In this document: one piece after another, positions 1 through 9,602 of the stretch
Layout: the number at the start of each line of letters is the position of its first letter
Numbering within the stretch: the stretch's first letter is position 1
Assembly: GCA_025927515.1 (NCBI GenBank)
Contig: JAICLG010000001.1
Location: 1 to 34,843 of the forward strand
Length of the DNA stretch: 34,843 bases
Source: Hyphomicrobium sp.
GTDB taxonomy: Bacteria > Pseudomonadota > Alphaproteobacteria > Rhizobiales > Hyphomicrobiaceae
Direction: 5' to 3'
Translations under genes and position numbers: made by a program
The notes under the pieces: model-generated
Told to the model about the DNA's origin: nothing
What the model saw: only the letters and a program-made list of their open reading frames with translations
Databases searched by the model: none

Positions 1-2
1 AC

Positions 3-563
3 GGACAACTTGCCTGTGCCAATACCGATACCTACGGCTTCATGGCCAATCTCGATGCGTCGGCGCCGGACTGGCGGCAACGCGCCGGGCATATCGTGGC
101 CCTGGGTGCTGGTGGTTCCGCGCGCGCCGTTGTCTACGGATTTCTCGAAGCCGGAATGAGCGACGTCCGCGTGTTCAACCGCTCGGTGGATCGCGCCGCG
201 CAGATCGCGCTGCATTTCGGCGAGCGCGTGGGTGCGTTTCCTTGGAATGTGCGGAACGAGCATCTTTCCGAGGCGGCGGTTATCGTCAACACGACCACAC
301 TCGGAATGAACGGTATCGGCAGCCCGGGCGTGGATCTCGCTCGTGCGCAGAAGGGCGCGGTCGTTGCCGATCTCGTCTATGCGCCACTTGAAACGGAATT
401 TCTGAAAGCGGCGCGCGCCAATGGGCTGATCGCCGTCGATGGTCTTGGCATGCTGCTGCATCAGGCGGTTCCGGGCTTCGAAAAGTGGTTCGGCGTCCGC
501 CCGACCGTCACCCCCGAACTCTACGACCTGGTCGCGCAAGACATCGGTGGCGTCAGATGCTGA
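3..563 (+). CDS. aroE: Shikimate dehydrogenase, 5'-truncated by the window edge
   Basis: Frame is open from base 3 (GQLACANTDTYGF, the NTD motif). Also GAGGSARA nucleotide-binding motif, NRS, VNTT, DLVY and DGLGMLLHQA. Stop overlaps the coaE start. Confidence 0.93.
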   Translation, partial: GQLACANTDTYGFMANLDASAPDWRQRAGHIVALGAGGSARAVVYGFLEAGMSDVRVFNRSVDRAAQIALHFGERVGAFPWNVRNEHLSEAAVIVNTTTLGMNGIGSPGVDLARAQKGAVVADLVYAPLETEFLKAARANGLIAVDGLGMLLHQAVPGFEKWFGVRPTVTPELYDLVAQDIGGVRC

Positions 564-1174
564 TCATCGGACTGACGGGTTCGATCGGCATGGGAAAGTC
601 GACGGCCGCCGCACGATTTCGCAAAAATGGTATCGCCGTTTTCGACGCCGATGCCGAAGTTCATCGGCTCTATGCGGGCCCAATCTCCGCCGAAATTGAG
701 AGCGCCTTCCCAGGAGCCGTCGAAGATGGAAAGGTGGACCGCGCCAAACTTTCCGTTTTGCTGCTTAAAAAACCGGAGAGCTTCAAAGACCTTGAAAAAA
801 TCGTCCATCCGAGAATTCGACAAGGCGAACGCCGGTTTTTGCAGGCCGAGCACGCGCGCGGCGCCCAAATGGCTGTTCTTGAGGTGCCCCTGCTTTTCGA
901 AGCTGGCGGATTCGAAAAAGTCGACGTGAAAGTCGTCGTCAGCGCCGACAGCGAGATTCAACGGCAGCGCGTGCTTCCGCGTCCGGGAATGACTACTAAA
1001 AAATTAGCAACGATTATCGCCCGGCAACTTTCCGAAACAGAAAAGCGGACGCGCGCCGATTTCGTTGTGGACACTGCGGGATCAATCGACAACTGCAACA
1101 GCCAAATCGATCGCATCATCGCTAAGCTTAGCGCGCGCACGGGTCAGGCTTACGATAAGTACTGGCGCGACTGA
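557..1174 (+). CDS. coaE: Dephospho-CoA kinase
   Basis: ATG at 557 gives MLIIGLTGSIGMGKST (P-loop), DAD, EKIVHP and EVPLLFE. Conserved aroE-coaE-dnaQ order. Confidence 0.95.
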   Translation: MLIIGLTGSIGMGKSTAAARFRKNGIAVFDADAEVHRLYAGPISAEIESAFPGAVEDGKVDRAKLSVLLLKKPESFKDLEKIVHPRIRQGERRFLQAEHARGAQMAVLEVPLLFEAGGFEKVDVKVVVSADSEIQRQRVLPRPGMTTKKLATIIARQLSETEKRTRADFVVDTAGSIDNCNSQIDRIIAKLSARTGQAYDKYWRD

Positions 1175-1195
1175 AACGACGGGGGCGGCGCCACG

Positions 1196-1909
1196 ATGCG
1201 GGAGATTGTGCTCGATACCGAAACGACGGGACTTGATCCTAAGAAGGGTCACCGTCTCATCGAAATCGGCGGCATCGAAATATTCAACCGTATTCCGACG
1301 GGCCGCGAGTTTCATCGTTTCATAAATCCCGAGCGCGACGTGCCGCTCGAAGCGCAAGAGATTCACGGAATCTCGACCGAATCTTTGATCGGCAAGCCCG
1401 TGTTTCGCGACGTCGTGCGCGATTTCCTGGCGTTTGTCGGCGATGACGTTCTCGTCATCCACAACGCGCAGTTCGACATCACGTTCTTGAATTACGAGCT
1501 TGAACTCATCGGCGAAAAGCCGCTGAGCTTCGATCGCGTCGTCGATACTCTGGCCATTGCACGGCGACGCCATCCGGCAGGACCGAATACGCTCGACGCG
1601 CTATGCAAGCGCTACGGCATCGACAATTCGCAGCGCACGAAACACGGAGCCCTTGTCGATAGTCTGCTGCTCGCGAATGTTTATGTCGAACTGCTCGGCG
1701 AACGTCAGGCGACGTTCGGACTGCAGACGCTCGGCGGTGCGGCGGCGAGCGCGGAACGCCGGGGCGGCAAACGCACGGCAGCGAAGCCGCGTCCCGAGCC
1801 GTTGCCCTCGAGATTGACGCAAGCCGACGTCGCGGCTCACCGCACGTTTATAGAAAAAATGGGTCCGAAAGCGATCTGGCTTCGCTTTTGGGAGACTGTG
1901 GCGTCCTAA
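1196..1909 (+). CDS. dnaQ: DNA polymerase III epsilon subunit
   Basis: DEDDh exonuclease motifs LDTETTG, HNAQFD and HGALVDS. C-terminal alpha-binding tail HRTFIEKMGPKAIW. Confidence 0.96.
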   Translation: MREIVLDTETTGLDPKKGHRLIEIGGIEIFNRIPTGREFHRFINPERDVPLEAQEIHGISTESLIGKPVFRDVVRDFLAFVGDDVLVIHNAQFDITFLNYELELIGEKPLSFDRVVDTLAIARRRHPAGPNTLDALCKRYGIDNSQRTKHGALVDSLLLANVYVELLGERQATFGLQTLGGAAASAERRGGKRTAAKPRPEPLPSRLTQADVAAHRTFIEKMGPKAIWLRFWETVAS

Positions 1910-1922
1910 AGCGCCCCGTCCC

Positions 1923-2429
1923 TCACACGATAGCTTTGCCGCCTTGCGCCTGCTGCTGTTGCTGGCGGCGGACATAGAGGCCACCGAAATCAATCGGATC
2001 GAGAAGCAGCGGCGGAAACCCGCCTTCCCGCGTCACATCGGCAACGAGCCGGCGCAAAAACGGAAAGATCATTGTCGGGCCCGAGATAAGCAGGAAAGGT
2101 TCAAGCGCCTCTTCCGGGATGCTTTCGATCTTCAGAAGGCCTGCGTAGACCGTCTCGAGGATATAGATCGTACCGAGATTGTTCGTCGCCGATGCCTTGA
2201 ACTCGATCGAGGTCTCGAAAAGATCTTTGTCGATGCGTTGCGCCCCAACATTGACCTCGACCTTCAGGTTTGGCTGATCGCCGGGGTTGGTAATGAGTTT
2301 GCGGATGTTCGGATTCTCGAATGAGAGATCCTTGATGTACTGGTTGACGATCTTCGCCTGGATCGTCGGTTGCTCCTGGGAATCTGGCGCAGCGGCCGAA
2401 CCGTTTTTTGAATTGCCGTTTTCAGCCAT
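1923..2429 (-). CDS. secB: Protein-export chaperone SecB
   Basis: QYIKDLSFENP, FPFLRRLVADVT and GGFPPLLLDPIDF. Start placed at ATG 2429 (MAENG), with GAGG upstream. Confidence 0.95.
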   Translation of the reverse strand: MAENGNSKNGSAAAPDSQEQPTIQAKIVNQYIKDLSFENPNIRKLITNPGDQPNLKVEVNVGAQRIDKDLFETSIEFKASATNNLGTIYILETVYAGLLKIESIPEEALEPFLLISGPTMIFPFLRRLVADVTREGGFPPLLLDPIDFGGLYVRRQQQQQAQGGKAIV

Positions 2430-2534
2430 GCCGTCCTCGCGTTTCAATTCCCCAAAGTTTGGCTCGCTAGCACGCCGGTCTGGGACGCGCAACGAAGCCG
2501 TCGTTCCAACTGACCTTTGCCGTTTTTCCGCGGT

Positions 2535-3071
2535 TCATGAGCGCGGACCGTACCGGCGCGGTTGAACCGCCTTACCCGGCCGCAGCGGCCGTTCGCTGAC
2601 GCGTTCGTATTCGCCTTCGATCACGGGACCGCGTGACTCTTCCTTAGGCGTCTCGCTTGAGGATCGAAAGGCGCCGCGGCTGACCTCCGCCTGATAGTGA
2701 AAAAACGATACAAGTTTAAGGAGCCCGGTGCGGATCGTAAAATGGCGAACCTGCGGGATGAGCAAAACCAGGCCGATGACATCGGAAATGACGCCGGGAA
2801 TGATCAGCAGCAGCCCCGCTAAAACCTGCAGAAAACCGTCGAACAGCGGCGAAAAACCATCGCGGTCGGAAGAAAGCCGCGACAGCGCCCGCTCGAAAAC
2901 CGACAGTCCGACCTTTCGGATGACATAGGTCCCAAGGAACGCCGTGCCGAGGATGAAAACCGTGAGCCACCCGATGCCTATGGCTTGGCCAAGGCGGATC
3001 AGCAGCCCGATCTCCACGAGAGGAAGCGCCGCCAGCAGCAATATGATCGCGATTTTGAAGGGTTGAGACAT
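2535..3071 (-). CDS. fxsA: FxsA family membrane protein
   Basis: LPLVEI, GLLLIIPGVISDVIGLVLLIP and a VIEGEYE tail. Adjacent to secB and timA as usual in Alphaproteobacteria. Confidence 0.9.
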   Translation of the reverse strand: MSQPFKIAIILLLAALPLVEIGLLIRLGQAIGIGWLTVFILGTAFLGTYVIRKVGLSVFERALSRLSSDRDGFSPLFDGFLQVLAGLLLIIPGVISDVIGLVLLIPQVRHFTIRTGLLKLVSFFHYQAEVSRGAFRSSSETPKEESRGPVIEGEYERVSERPLRPGKAVQPRRYGPRS

Positions 3072-3361
3072 AAGCTCTCGCCGTGGTTCTTGCGGCACCT
3101 TAGCGCGGATCAACCGAACCAACTACAAGGCGAACGTCGCTCCTGTTAAGCGTTTCAACGGTATTCACACAACACTTGCAAAAAGGGCACGCCAGCCGCC
3201 GGACGCCATCAAAAGCCCGTGGCGAGACTTTAAGGGCGACAACTGATATGCTGTCAAACCTACAAATGTCGGCGCCGCCGCCTTAGATAGGATGCTACGA
3301 AGCGGGCAATTCGACGCGGCGGCGTGGCCGCTGCCACCCACCGGAGGCTCAAGCCTTAAGA

Positions 3362-4120
3362 ATGTCTGGTCAATTTGATTTTATCACTCTGATCGCGCTC
3401 ATCGTAGCGGTTGCGGCGATCATCAAACTCAGGAACGTGCTTGGTCATCGCACGGACGAAGACCAGCAGCGCGTTGAACGCTTGCGAGCGCGCGAACGCG
3501 AGGCCAGCCAGCGCGCTGGGGCTTCCGATGCGACCTCGGCGGATGTCATCACGCTGCCGCGCCGGGACCGAGATGCGCAGCCCTCGGCGCCGGCCGCCGA
3601 AGCCTCGGCAGCAAGCGCGGAAACGCGGATCAAAGCTTATCCCGTCTCCGATCCTGCGATCACCGAGGGTCTTCTCGAAATCGCCAAGCTGGATTCGGCA
3701 TTCGATCCCGCAGCTTTCCTCAGCGGCGCCGGCACAGCGTACGAAATGATCGTTTCGGCTTTTGCGGAAGGCAACCGCCGGATGCTGAAGGATCTTCTCG
3801 GCAAGGACGTCTACGACGGTTTCACCGCTGCGATCGCGGATCGGGAGTCGCGCGAGGAGACGGTGGATCAGCAGTTTGTCGGCATCAAAAAGGCGGAAAT
3901 GCTCGAGGCCGAGGTCAAAAACGGCATCGCCTCGATCACGATCCGTTTCGCCAGCGAGCTTATCTCGGCCATCCGCAATAAGGCGGGCGACGTCATTTCC
4001 GGCGACGCCCAGAAGATCAAAGATGTGACCGACATCTGGACCTTCAGCCGCGATATCTCGACGGCCAAGGCGCGAAGCAATCCGAACTGGCGATTGGTCG
4101 CGACACAGGCGCCGAATTAG
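3362..4120 (+). CDS. Tim44/TimA family adaptor protein
   Basis: N-terminal TM helix plus LRNVLG, FLSGAGTAYEMIVSAFAEG, and DIWTFSR...PNWRLVAT. GGAGG RBS upstream. Confidence 0.9.
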   Translation: MSGQFDFITLIALIVAVAAIIKLRNVLGHRTDEDQQRVERLRAREREASQRAGASDATSADVITLPRRDRDAQPSAPAAEASAASAETRIKAYPVSDPAITEGLLEIAKLDSAFDPAAFLSGAGTAYEMIVSAFAEGNRRMLKDLLGKDVYDGFTAAIADRESREETVDQQFVGIKKAEMLEAEVKNGIASITIRFASELISAIRNKAGDVISGDAQKIKDVTDIWTFSRDISTAKARSNPNWRLVATQAPN

Positions 4121-4200
4121 CTCACAATTGTGCCCCGTCGGTCCGGTGACGTTGCCGGATCGAACAGGCATTGAGGCGAGCGAGGCCCTGGGGACGGCCG

Positions 4201-5481
4201 ATGACCGCGGCGCGGAGCAATCAAAGATCATGGAGCGCCAGCGGGTCCTTCGCCGGTGCGGCATTGATCGCTTCAGCCCTGTCGTTGACGGTGGCAGGTC
4301 CGATGGAAGCTTCCGCAGCCTCCTCGGGATCACCACGCAGCATGCAAACGCACGCCATCACATTCGATCCGGTGTCTTTCGGCGATGTCCCCAGCTGGGC
4401 GGACGATGATCATCTCGCCGCGTGGAAGGCGTTTCTCGCATCCTGTGGCCCTCTCCTGAACACGGCGGCACACAAGCAAAAACCCGCCGACGCCCGCTAT
4501 AATCAAAATCTCCTCGACGTTTGCAATTTGGCGCTCACCGATGCCCGATCCGGCGACGTTCGAACACGCCAGCAGGCGCGCCGTTTCTTCGAAACGCACT
4601 TTCGTCCGCATCGGGTAACGGGAACGCAATCTCGGGGATTGCTGACGGGATATTACGAGCCCGTCATGAAGGGCGCGCGGAGGCAAACGTCGCTTTTCAA
4701 GGTGCCGGTCTACCGCCGCCCGCCGGACCTCGTGAACATGGTTGCGGAAAGCGAGCGCGGCGCCAAATCCGCCTCGGCGACCCACATGCGCAAAACCGAG
4801 CAGGGATTGCAGCCCTATCTCACACGCGCCGAAATCGAGCAGGGCGGCCTCGCGGGCCAGGGCTTGGAGCTGATGTATTTCGAGGATCCCGTCGACGTTT
4901 TCTTCCTCCAGGTCCAAGGTTCCGGACGCGTCGAACTCCCGGATGGAGAGATGGTTCGCATCTCTTACGATGGCAAGAACGGCTATCCGTACACATCGAT
5001 TGGACGTGTCCTGATCGACGACGGGGAGATCGGCGCCGACGCCATATCCCTCGAAGCTTTGAAAGCGTGGCTGCGGACGAATACCGATCGCGCCAAAGCC
5101 GTCATGTGGAAGAACCAATCCTATGTTTTCTTCCGCGAACTGCCGCGCGATAGCGCGAACGGCCCAATCGGCGCGAACAACATTCCGCTGCAGGCCGGCC
5201 GCAGCTTGGCGGTCGATACCACGTATTACGCTCTTGGAACGCCGATCTTCGTCGATGCCCCGGCCCTAACGCACGCCACCAAAAGCGGCGGCTTCCGGCG
5301 GCTGATGATTGCGCAGGACGTCGGCTCAGCGATCAAAGGTCCGGAACGTGGCGACATTTACTTCGGCTCCGGTGAGAAGGCAGGAAGGCTCGCAGGAATC
5401 ACCAAAGTGCCGGGGCATTTCATCGTCCTGCTGCCCATCACGCACGCGCCGGTCGATGCAAACGCGGACGGCGAGCCGTGA
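4201..5481 (+). CDS. mltA: Lytic murein transglycosylase A (MltA/3D domain)
   Basis: TGYYEP, FFLQVQGSG, NQSYVFF, SLAVD and AQDVGSAIKGPERGDIYFG. Signal-like N-terminus. Start uncertain (TTG 4171 or ATG 4201). Confidence 0.92.
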   Translation: MTAARSNQRSWSASGSFAGAALIASALSLTVAGPMEASAASSGSPRSMQTHAITFDPVSFGDVPSWADDDHLAAWKAFLASCGPLLNTAAHKQKPADARYNQNLLDVCNLALTDARSGDVRTRQQARRFFETHFRPHRVTGTQSRGLLTGYYEPVMKGARRQTSLFKVPVYRRPPDLVNMVAESERGAKSASATHMRKTEQGLQPYLTRAEIEQGGLAGQGLELMYFEDPVDVFFLQVQGSGRVELPDGEMVRISYDGKNGYPYTSIGRVLIDDGEIGADAISLEALKAWLRTNTDRAKAVMWKNQSYVFFRELPRDSANGPIGANNIPLQAGRSLAVDTTYYALGTPIFVDAPALTHATKSGGFRRLMIAQDVGSAIKGPERGDIYFGSGEKAGRLAGITKVPGHFIVLLPITHAPVDANADGEP

Positions 5482-6104
5482 AGAAGCCGCAGGGGAAAGG
5501 GGGCCGCAAAGAGCCTGTCGCCCACGACGAAGATCTTTGGCACCATACGGCGGCGACGATCGAGCCGCTGAAACGCGGCAAGCCGCGCGTCCATCTGAGC
5601 GACCGGGCGTTGCCCGACCCGCCCAAATCCAGAGTTCTTCTAAAGCCGGAAAAACCGCATCGTTCTCCGCCCATCAAAGAACCGGCCGTTGAGCCGCGGC
5701 CAGTCGCCACCAAAACCGCGGTGCGTAAGGCCCCGGACCTTTCCGCGTTCGATCGCAGCAGCGCCCGCAAGATTCGCATCGGACGTATCGACATCGAAGC
5801 GCGCGTCGATCTCCACGGCCTGCGCCAAAGCGAGGCGCACGCGGCGCTTCGCGCCTTCCTGTTCCGGTGCCAGAGCCGCGGCCAGCGGTATGTCCTGGTC
5901 ATTACCGGCAAGGGCAAAACGGCAAGCTCATCCGAACACAGCTACGGCGGTGACGGCGAACGCGGAATCCTGAAGCGAAATGTGCCCCGCTGGCTGGAAG
6001 AACCGGACGTCCGCAGCATCGTCGTGAGTTATACGACGGCCGCCATTCATCACGGCGGCGAAGGCGCAATCTATGTGCACCTGCGTTCGAAGACCCGAAC
6101 CTAG
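5478..6104 (+). CDS. Smr/MutS2 domain protein
   Basis: DLHGL, LVITGKG, GILKRNVPRWL and HGGEGAIYVHL. GTG start overlaps the mltA stop (GTGA). Confidence 0.9.
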   Translation: MKKPQGKGGRKEPVAHDEDLWHHTAATIEPLKRGKPRVHLSDRALPDPPKSRVLLKPEKPHRSPPIKEPAVEPRPVATKTAVRKAPDLSAFDRSSARKIRIGRIDIEARVDLHGLRQSEAHAALRAFLFRCQSRGQRYVLVITGKGKTASSSEHSYGGDGERGILKRNVPRWLEEPDVRSIVVSYTTAAIHHGGEGAIYVHLRSKTRT

Positions 6105-6112
6105 AAACGCGG

Positions 6113-6616
6113 TTAGAAGCACATATCCTGAAGCTTTTGCAGAGCAGCGGCGACGCCCGACAGCGAATACGTGTCCGTCACTATTCCATGATCGGACGCC
6201 ACGGCGACGGTCATCGTGCTACCCTTGCGCATGGCTTCGATCAGCTTCAGTTCCCGCGTCGAGTCGGATACGAAGGCGTGATCGTCGGAGCCGAAAAGTT
6301 TAAAGCCCCCGGAACCAACAGACGCATTTGCGGACGCATTCTTTTTGATCTTGAAACCCATGCGGAAACTGACTTCGTTCCGGATGCCATCCTTCGGCCA
6401 AGCGGAGATATAGGCCCGCGGTGCCTCGCGCTGCGCATCTTTGGGAGCGCTGGATTTCGGCTCGCTGGTGACGAAACAGAAAAGGTGCGGCGTCGCGGAA
6501 TCGGTGAGCAACGTCCAGCTCCCGTACGTATCGACGCGCGTCATCTCCGCCGCTCTGAGCGGTGTCGCGGCCAGCACAAAAAAGCTCAAGGCTGCGAGAA
6601 AGCGCGGTAGCAGCAT
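6113..6616 (-). CDS. Secreted invasion-associated locus B (IalB)-like protein
   Basis: Signal peptide, YGSW, a Cys pair (FCF...MCF), LIEAMRKGSTMTV and DTYSLSG. ATG overlaps the upstream TGA (TGATG). Confidence 0.72.
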   Translation of the reverse strand: MLLPRFLAALSFFVLAATPLRAAEMTRVDTYGSWTLLTDSATPHLFCFVTSEPKSSAPKDAQREAPRAYISAWPKDGIRNEVSFRMGFKIKKNASANASVGSGGFKLFGSDDHAFVSDSTRELKLIEAMRKGSTMTVAVASDHGIVTDTYSLSGVAAALQKLQDMCF

Positions 6617-7122
6617 CAAGGTCCCCCTTCGCCAATCGGGCGATCGGCGAAACGTGCTAACGATTTGGTACGATCATACATCACGATCGCCCCCGCCATC
6701 GCAACATTGATGCAAAACCGCGTGGGGATTTTGATGACGTAATCGCAGCGCGCGATAAGCGGCTCGGACAACGATCCAAGTTCCGGCCCCAGCACATAGG
6801 CCGCGCGCAAGGGATGCCGGAAGCTCGGAAGGTCGATGGCGTCGTCCAAAAGCTCGATGCCGACCAGCTTGCAGCCCCCGGGGAGCGCCATCTCATCCAG
6901 CGTCGCCCAATTGTAATGGGGCAGATGCAATTGACTTTTGGAGGTGTCGGCGTGCGCTTCGATGGCTTTGTAGGTGGCGCCGACCGTAAACGTGAAGCTC
7001 GCGCCAAAAGCATTTGCCGAGCGCATCAGGTTGCCGAGATTGAGCGATTTTGACATGCGCTCGGCTCCGATGGCGAAATAGCCCTTTGAATGCGGTGGCC
7101 AAGTCGTTGCATTTCTTGACAT
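6616..7122 (-). CDS. TrmH/SpoU family RNA methyltransferase
   Basis: SPOUT motifs NLGNLMRSANAFG, VLGPELGSL and CINVAMAGAIVMYD. Confidence 0.88.
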   Translation of the reverse strand: MSRNATTWPPHSKGYFAIGAERMSKSLNLGNLMRSANAFGASFTFTVGATYKAIEAHADTSKSQLHLPHYNWATLDEMALPGGCKLVGIELLDDAIDLPSFRHPLRAAYVLGPELGSLSEPLIARCDYVIKIPTRFCINVAMAGAIVMYDRTKSLARFADRPIGEGGP

Positions 7123-7174
7123 TGCGGCGCGCTCGTGTGTGTCAGAAGAAGATCAGAGGGAGGGGAGGTCACAT

Positions 7175-8152
7175 ATGAAGGCAGCTCTTTGCAAGAGTCT
7201 TGATGGGCCGCAAAGTCTCGCCCTTGAGACGCTGCCGGAGCCAAAAGCGAAATCGGGCCAAGCTATCGTCCGCGTCAAGGCGGTCGGCCTCAACTTCGCC
7301 GATACGCTGATCACGCGCGGTAAATACCAGTTCAAGCCCGATCTGCCGTTCTCTCCGGGTGCCGAAATCGCAGGCGTCGTCGAGAGGGTTGCTGACGAAA
7401 ATTCGGAAATTTCGCCGGGCCAGAAGGTGATGGCCTACGTCAATTGGGGCGGCGCGGCCGAGAAAATCGCCGTCGACATGAAAGCCCTTGTTCCGGTGCC
7501 GGATGCCGTTCCGATGACCGTGGTAGCTGGGCTATCGGTGACTTACGGCACCGCCATGCACGGCCTGCGCGAACGCGGCCGCTTGCAGGCCGGAGAGACG
7601 GTCGTCGTCACGGGTGCCGCCGGCGGCGCTGGGCAGGCCGCGATCGAGATCGCCAAACTAATGGGAGCCCGCGTCATCGCCGTCGCGTCATCTCCGGAAA
7701 AGTGCGTGATCGCTAAGGCTGCCGGTGCCGACGATACGATCCTCTTTCCAGGGACGGACCTCAAGGCCGACGTTCGCGCGCTGACCGGGGGAAATGGCGC
7801 GGATGTGGTCTACGATTGCATCGGCGGCGAAGCTTCCGAGCCGCTCGTCCGCGCGTTGGCATGGCAGGGCCGCTTCCTCGTCGTGGGCTTTGCGGCAGGC
7901 GAGATCCCGAAAATTCCGCTCAATCTGCTGTTGTTGAGAGGCGCCGAGATGGCGGGTGTGTTCTGGGGCGAATCCGTGCGCCGCGATCCCGCAGGCCATC
8001 GCGCCAACATGCTGCAGCTTCTCGATTGGGTCGCGGCCGGCCGATTAGCGCCACGCGTTCACGCAACCTACCCGCTCGAGCGCATCGTCGAAGCCTTGGG
8101 CGTCCTGGAGCGCCGTGAGGCCACCGGCAAGGTCGTTTTGACGATCGATTAG
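7175..8152 (+). CDS. NADPH:quinone oxidoreductase (zeta-crystallin/MDR family)
   Basis: GLNFAD, GKYQ, PGAE, GAAGGAG and terminal GKVVL. GGAGG RBS before ATG 7175. Confidence 0.9.
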   Translation: MKAALCKSLDGPQSLALETLPEPKAKSGQAIVRVKAVGLNFADTLITRGKYQFKPDLPFSPGAEIAGVVERVADENSEISPGQKVMAYVNWGGAAEKIAVDMKALVPVPDAVPMTVVAGLSVTYGTAMHGLRERGRLQAGETVVVTGAAGGAGQAAIEIAKLMGARVIAVASSPEKCVIAKAAGADDTILFPGTDLKADVRALTGGNGADVVYDCIGGEASEPLVRALAWQGRFLVVGFAAGEIPKIPLNLLLLRGAEMAGVFWGESVRRDPAGHRANMLQLLDWVAAGRLAPRVHATYPLERIVEALGVLERREATGKVVLTID

Positions 8153-8165
8153 AACGAATCGCGGG

Positions 8166-8738
8166 CTACCAGCTCGCTTCGCCGTCTTCGCTCAAGAATT
8201 CCATGCCGCGCACGGGAAAGCGATCTTCGACGCCATAAGGCCCGCCGCCGACGCTCGGACGCGACGACATCAGCAGCGTTCGCGTCACGAAAAATGGCTC
8301 GGAGCGGTAGCCGCCGTAGCGCGTCAGAAAACGCGCGATGGCTTCGACGTTGGAATGCTTCAAGCGCGCCAGCGTCACGTGCGGCCGAAACGCCCGCGTG
8401 TCCGGTGCGAGTGCGGCATTGCGCGCGGCTTTTTCGTGCGCCCGCGCTAACTCTTCGAGTTGCGGCTGAGGCTCGACGCCAGCCCAGATCGCATGCGGAT
8501 TGTCGCCGCCGAAAACACCAAGCCCGGAGAGCCGCAGCTCGAAACCATCAATCTCGATATTGGCGAGGTTTGCGACGAACTCTCGGGCTTCGCTGTTGCC
8601 GATGTCCCCCGCAAACCGCAGCGTGATGTGGTAGCTTTCCGGCTTGATCCAGCGTGCGCCAGGCAGCGGCATCCGCAGCCGGTAAAGCTCATCGCGAATT
8701 TCGTCGGGAATTTCGATGGCCGTGAACAACCGGGGCAT
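8166..8738 (-). CDS. thpR: RNA 2',3'-cyclic phosphodiesterase (2H phosphoesterase)
   Basis: MPRLFTAI start and two HxT motifs (HITL, HVTL). Confidence 0.92.
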   Translation of the reverse strand: MPRLFTAIEIPDEIRDELYRLRMPLPGARWIKPESYHITLRFAGDIGNSEAREFVANLANIEIDGFELRLSGLGVFGGDNPHAIWAGVEPQPQLEELARAHEKAARNAALAPDTRAFRPHVTLARLKHSNVEAIARFLTRYGGYRSEPFFVTRTLLMSSRPSVGGGPYGVEDRFPVRGMEFLSEDGEASW

Positions 8739-8790
8739 CGGGACGTCCTCACTTCATGGAACGGGCAAACGCGGGCGCGCGGAAACGCGC

Positions 8791-9477
8791 CTACTTCGCT
8801 GCCGTCTTCCGTTGCGTGATGTGTTGAACAAGAGCTTCCGCATCCGGCATCATGCGCTTCACGATGACGGCGACGCCTTTCGCGGTCGGATGCAGCCCGT
8901 CGGGTTGACTGAATGCGGGGTCGATCGCCACGCCGTCCAGAAAGAACGGATAGAGCTTGATGCCGTATTTCGCCGCGAGATCGGGATAGATCGCATCGAA
9001 AGCCTTGACGTATTCAGGACCCCAATTGTTGGGCGCTTTCATCCCGGCAAGAAGAACGTCGATATTTTGCGATTTCAGCGTCGCCAGCATCTTGTCGAGA
9101 TTGGCGCGCGGTTCCTTGGGATCGATACCGCGCAGCGCGTCATTGGCCCCGAGTTCGAGAATGACGCCATCGGGCTTTGGCTGCAGCGACCAATCGAAAC
9201 GCCTAAGGCCATCCGCGGTCGTGTCGCCGGAAACGCCGGCGTTGACGATCGTGACCTTGTAGCCTTTTGCACGAAGCGCCATTTGAAGTTGCGCCGGAAA
9301 GGAATCGCTGGCTTTCAAGCCGTAACCCGCCGTCAGGCTATCACCGAATGCCACGATGGTTATGGGTGCCGATGTATCAGCAGCAACACGAACGGGCGCG
9401 GCGATCGCTGCGAGAATCGAAAGGGCGAATGTCACAATGAGCGCCGGAGCCGCTTGGAGCACAGGGTGCGCTTTCAT
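8791..9477 (-). CDS. tesA: Periplasmic GDSL/SGNH arylesterase/thioesterase (TesA-like)
   Basis: GDSLTAG, NAGVSGDT, ELGAND, DGLHP and a signal peptide. Divergent from ybbAP. Confidence 0.88.
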   Translation of the reverse strand: MKAHPVLQAAPALIVTFALSILAAIAAPVRVAADTSAPITIVAFGDSLTAGYGLKASDSFPAQLQMALRAKGYKVTIVNAGVSGDTTADGLRRFDWSLQPKPDGVILELGANDALRGIDPKEPRANLDKMLATLKSQNIDVLLAGMKAPNNWGPEYVKAFDAIYPDLAAKYGIKLYPFFLDGVAIDPAFSQPDGLHPTAKGVAVIVKRMMPDAEALVQHITQRKTAAK

Positions 9478-9602
9478 TTTTCGGCCCCACCCATCACGCA
9501 AATCACTGTCCTGACGTAAAGCTTCGAATTCCGTGAAACAAGACCCGGCCGGCGAGAAAATCCATCAGCCACATTCAGGCAACCAGAGCAAGGCAACAGA
9601 GC

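Noticed and set aside
9525-9540. parS-like sequence (CGTGAAACA)
   Set aside because: Only the right half matches TGTTTCACGTGAAACA, and it is not palindromic.
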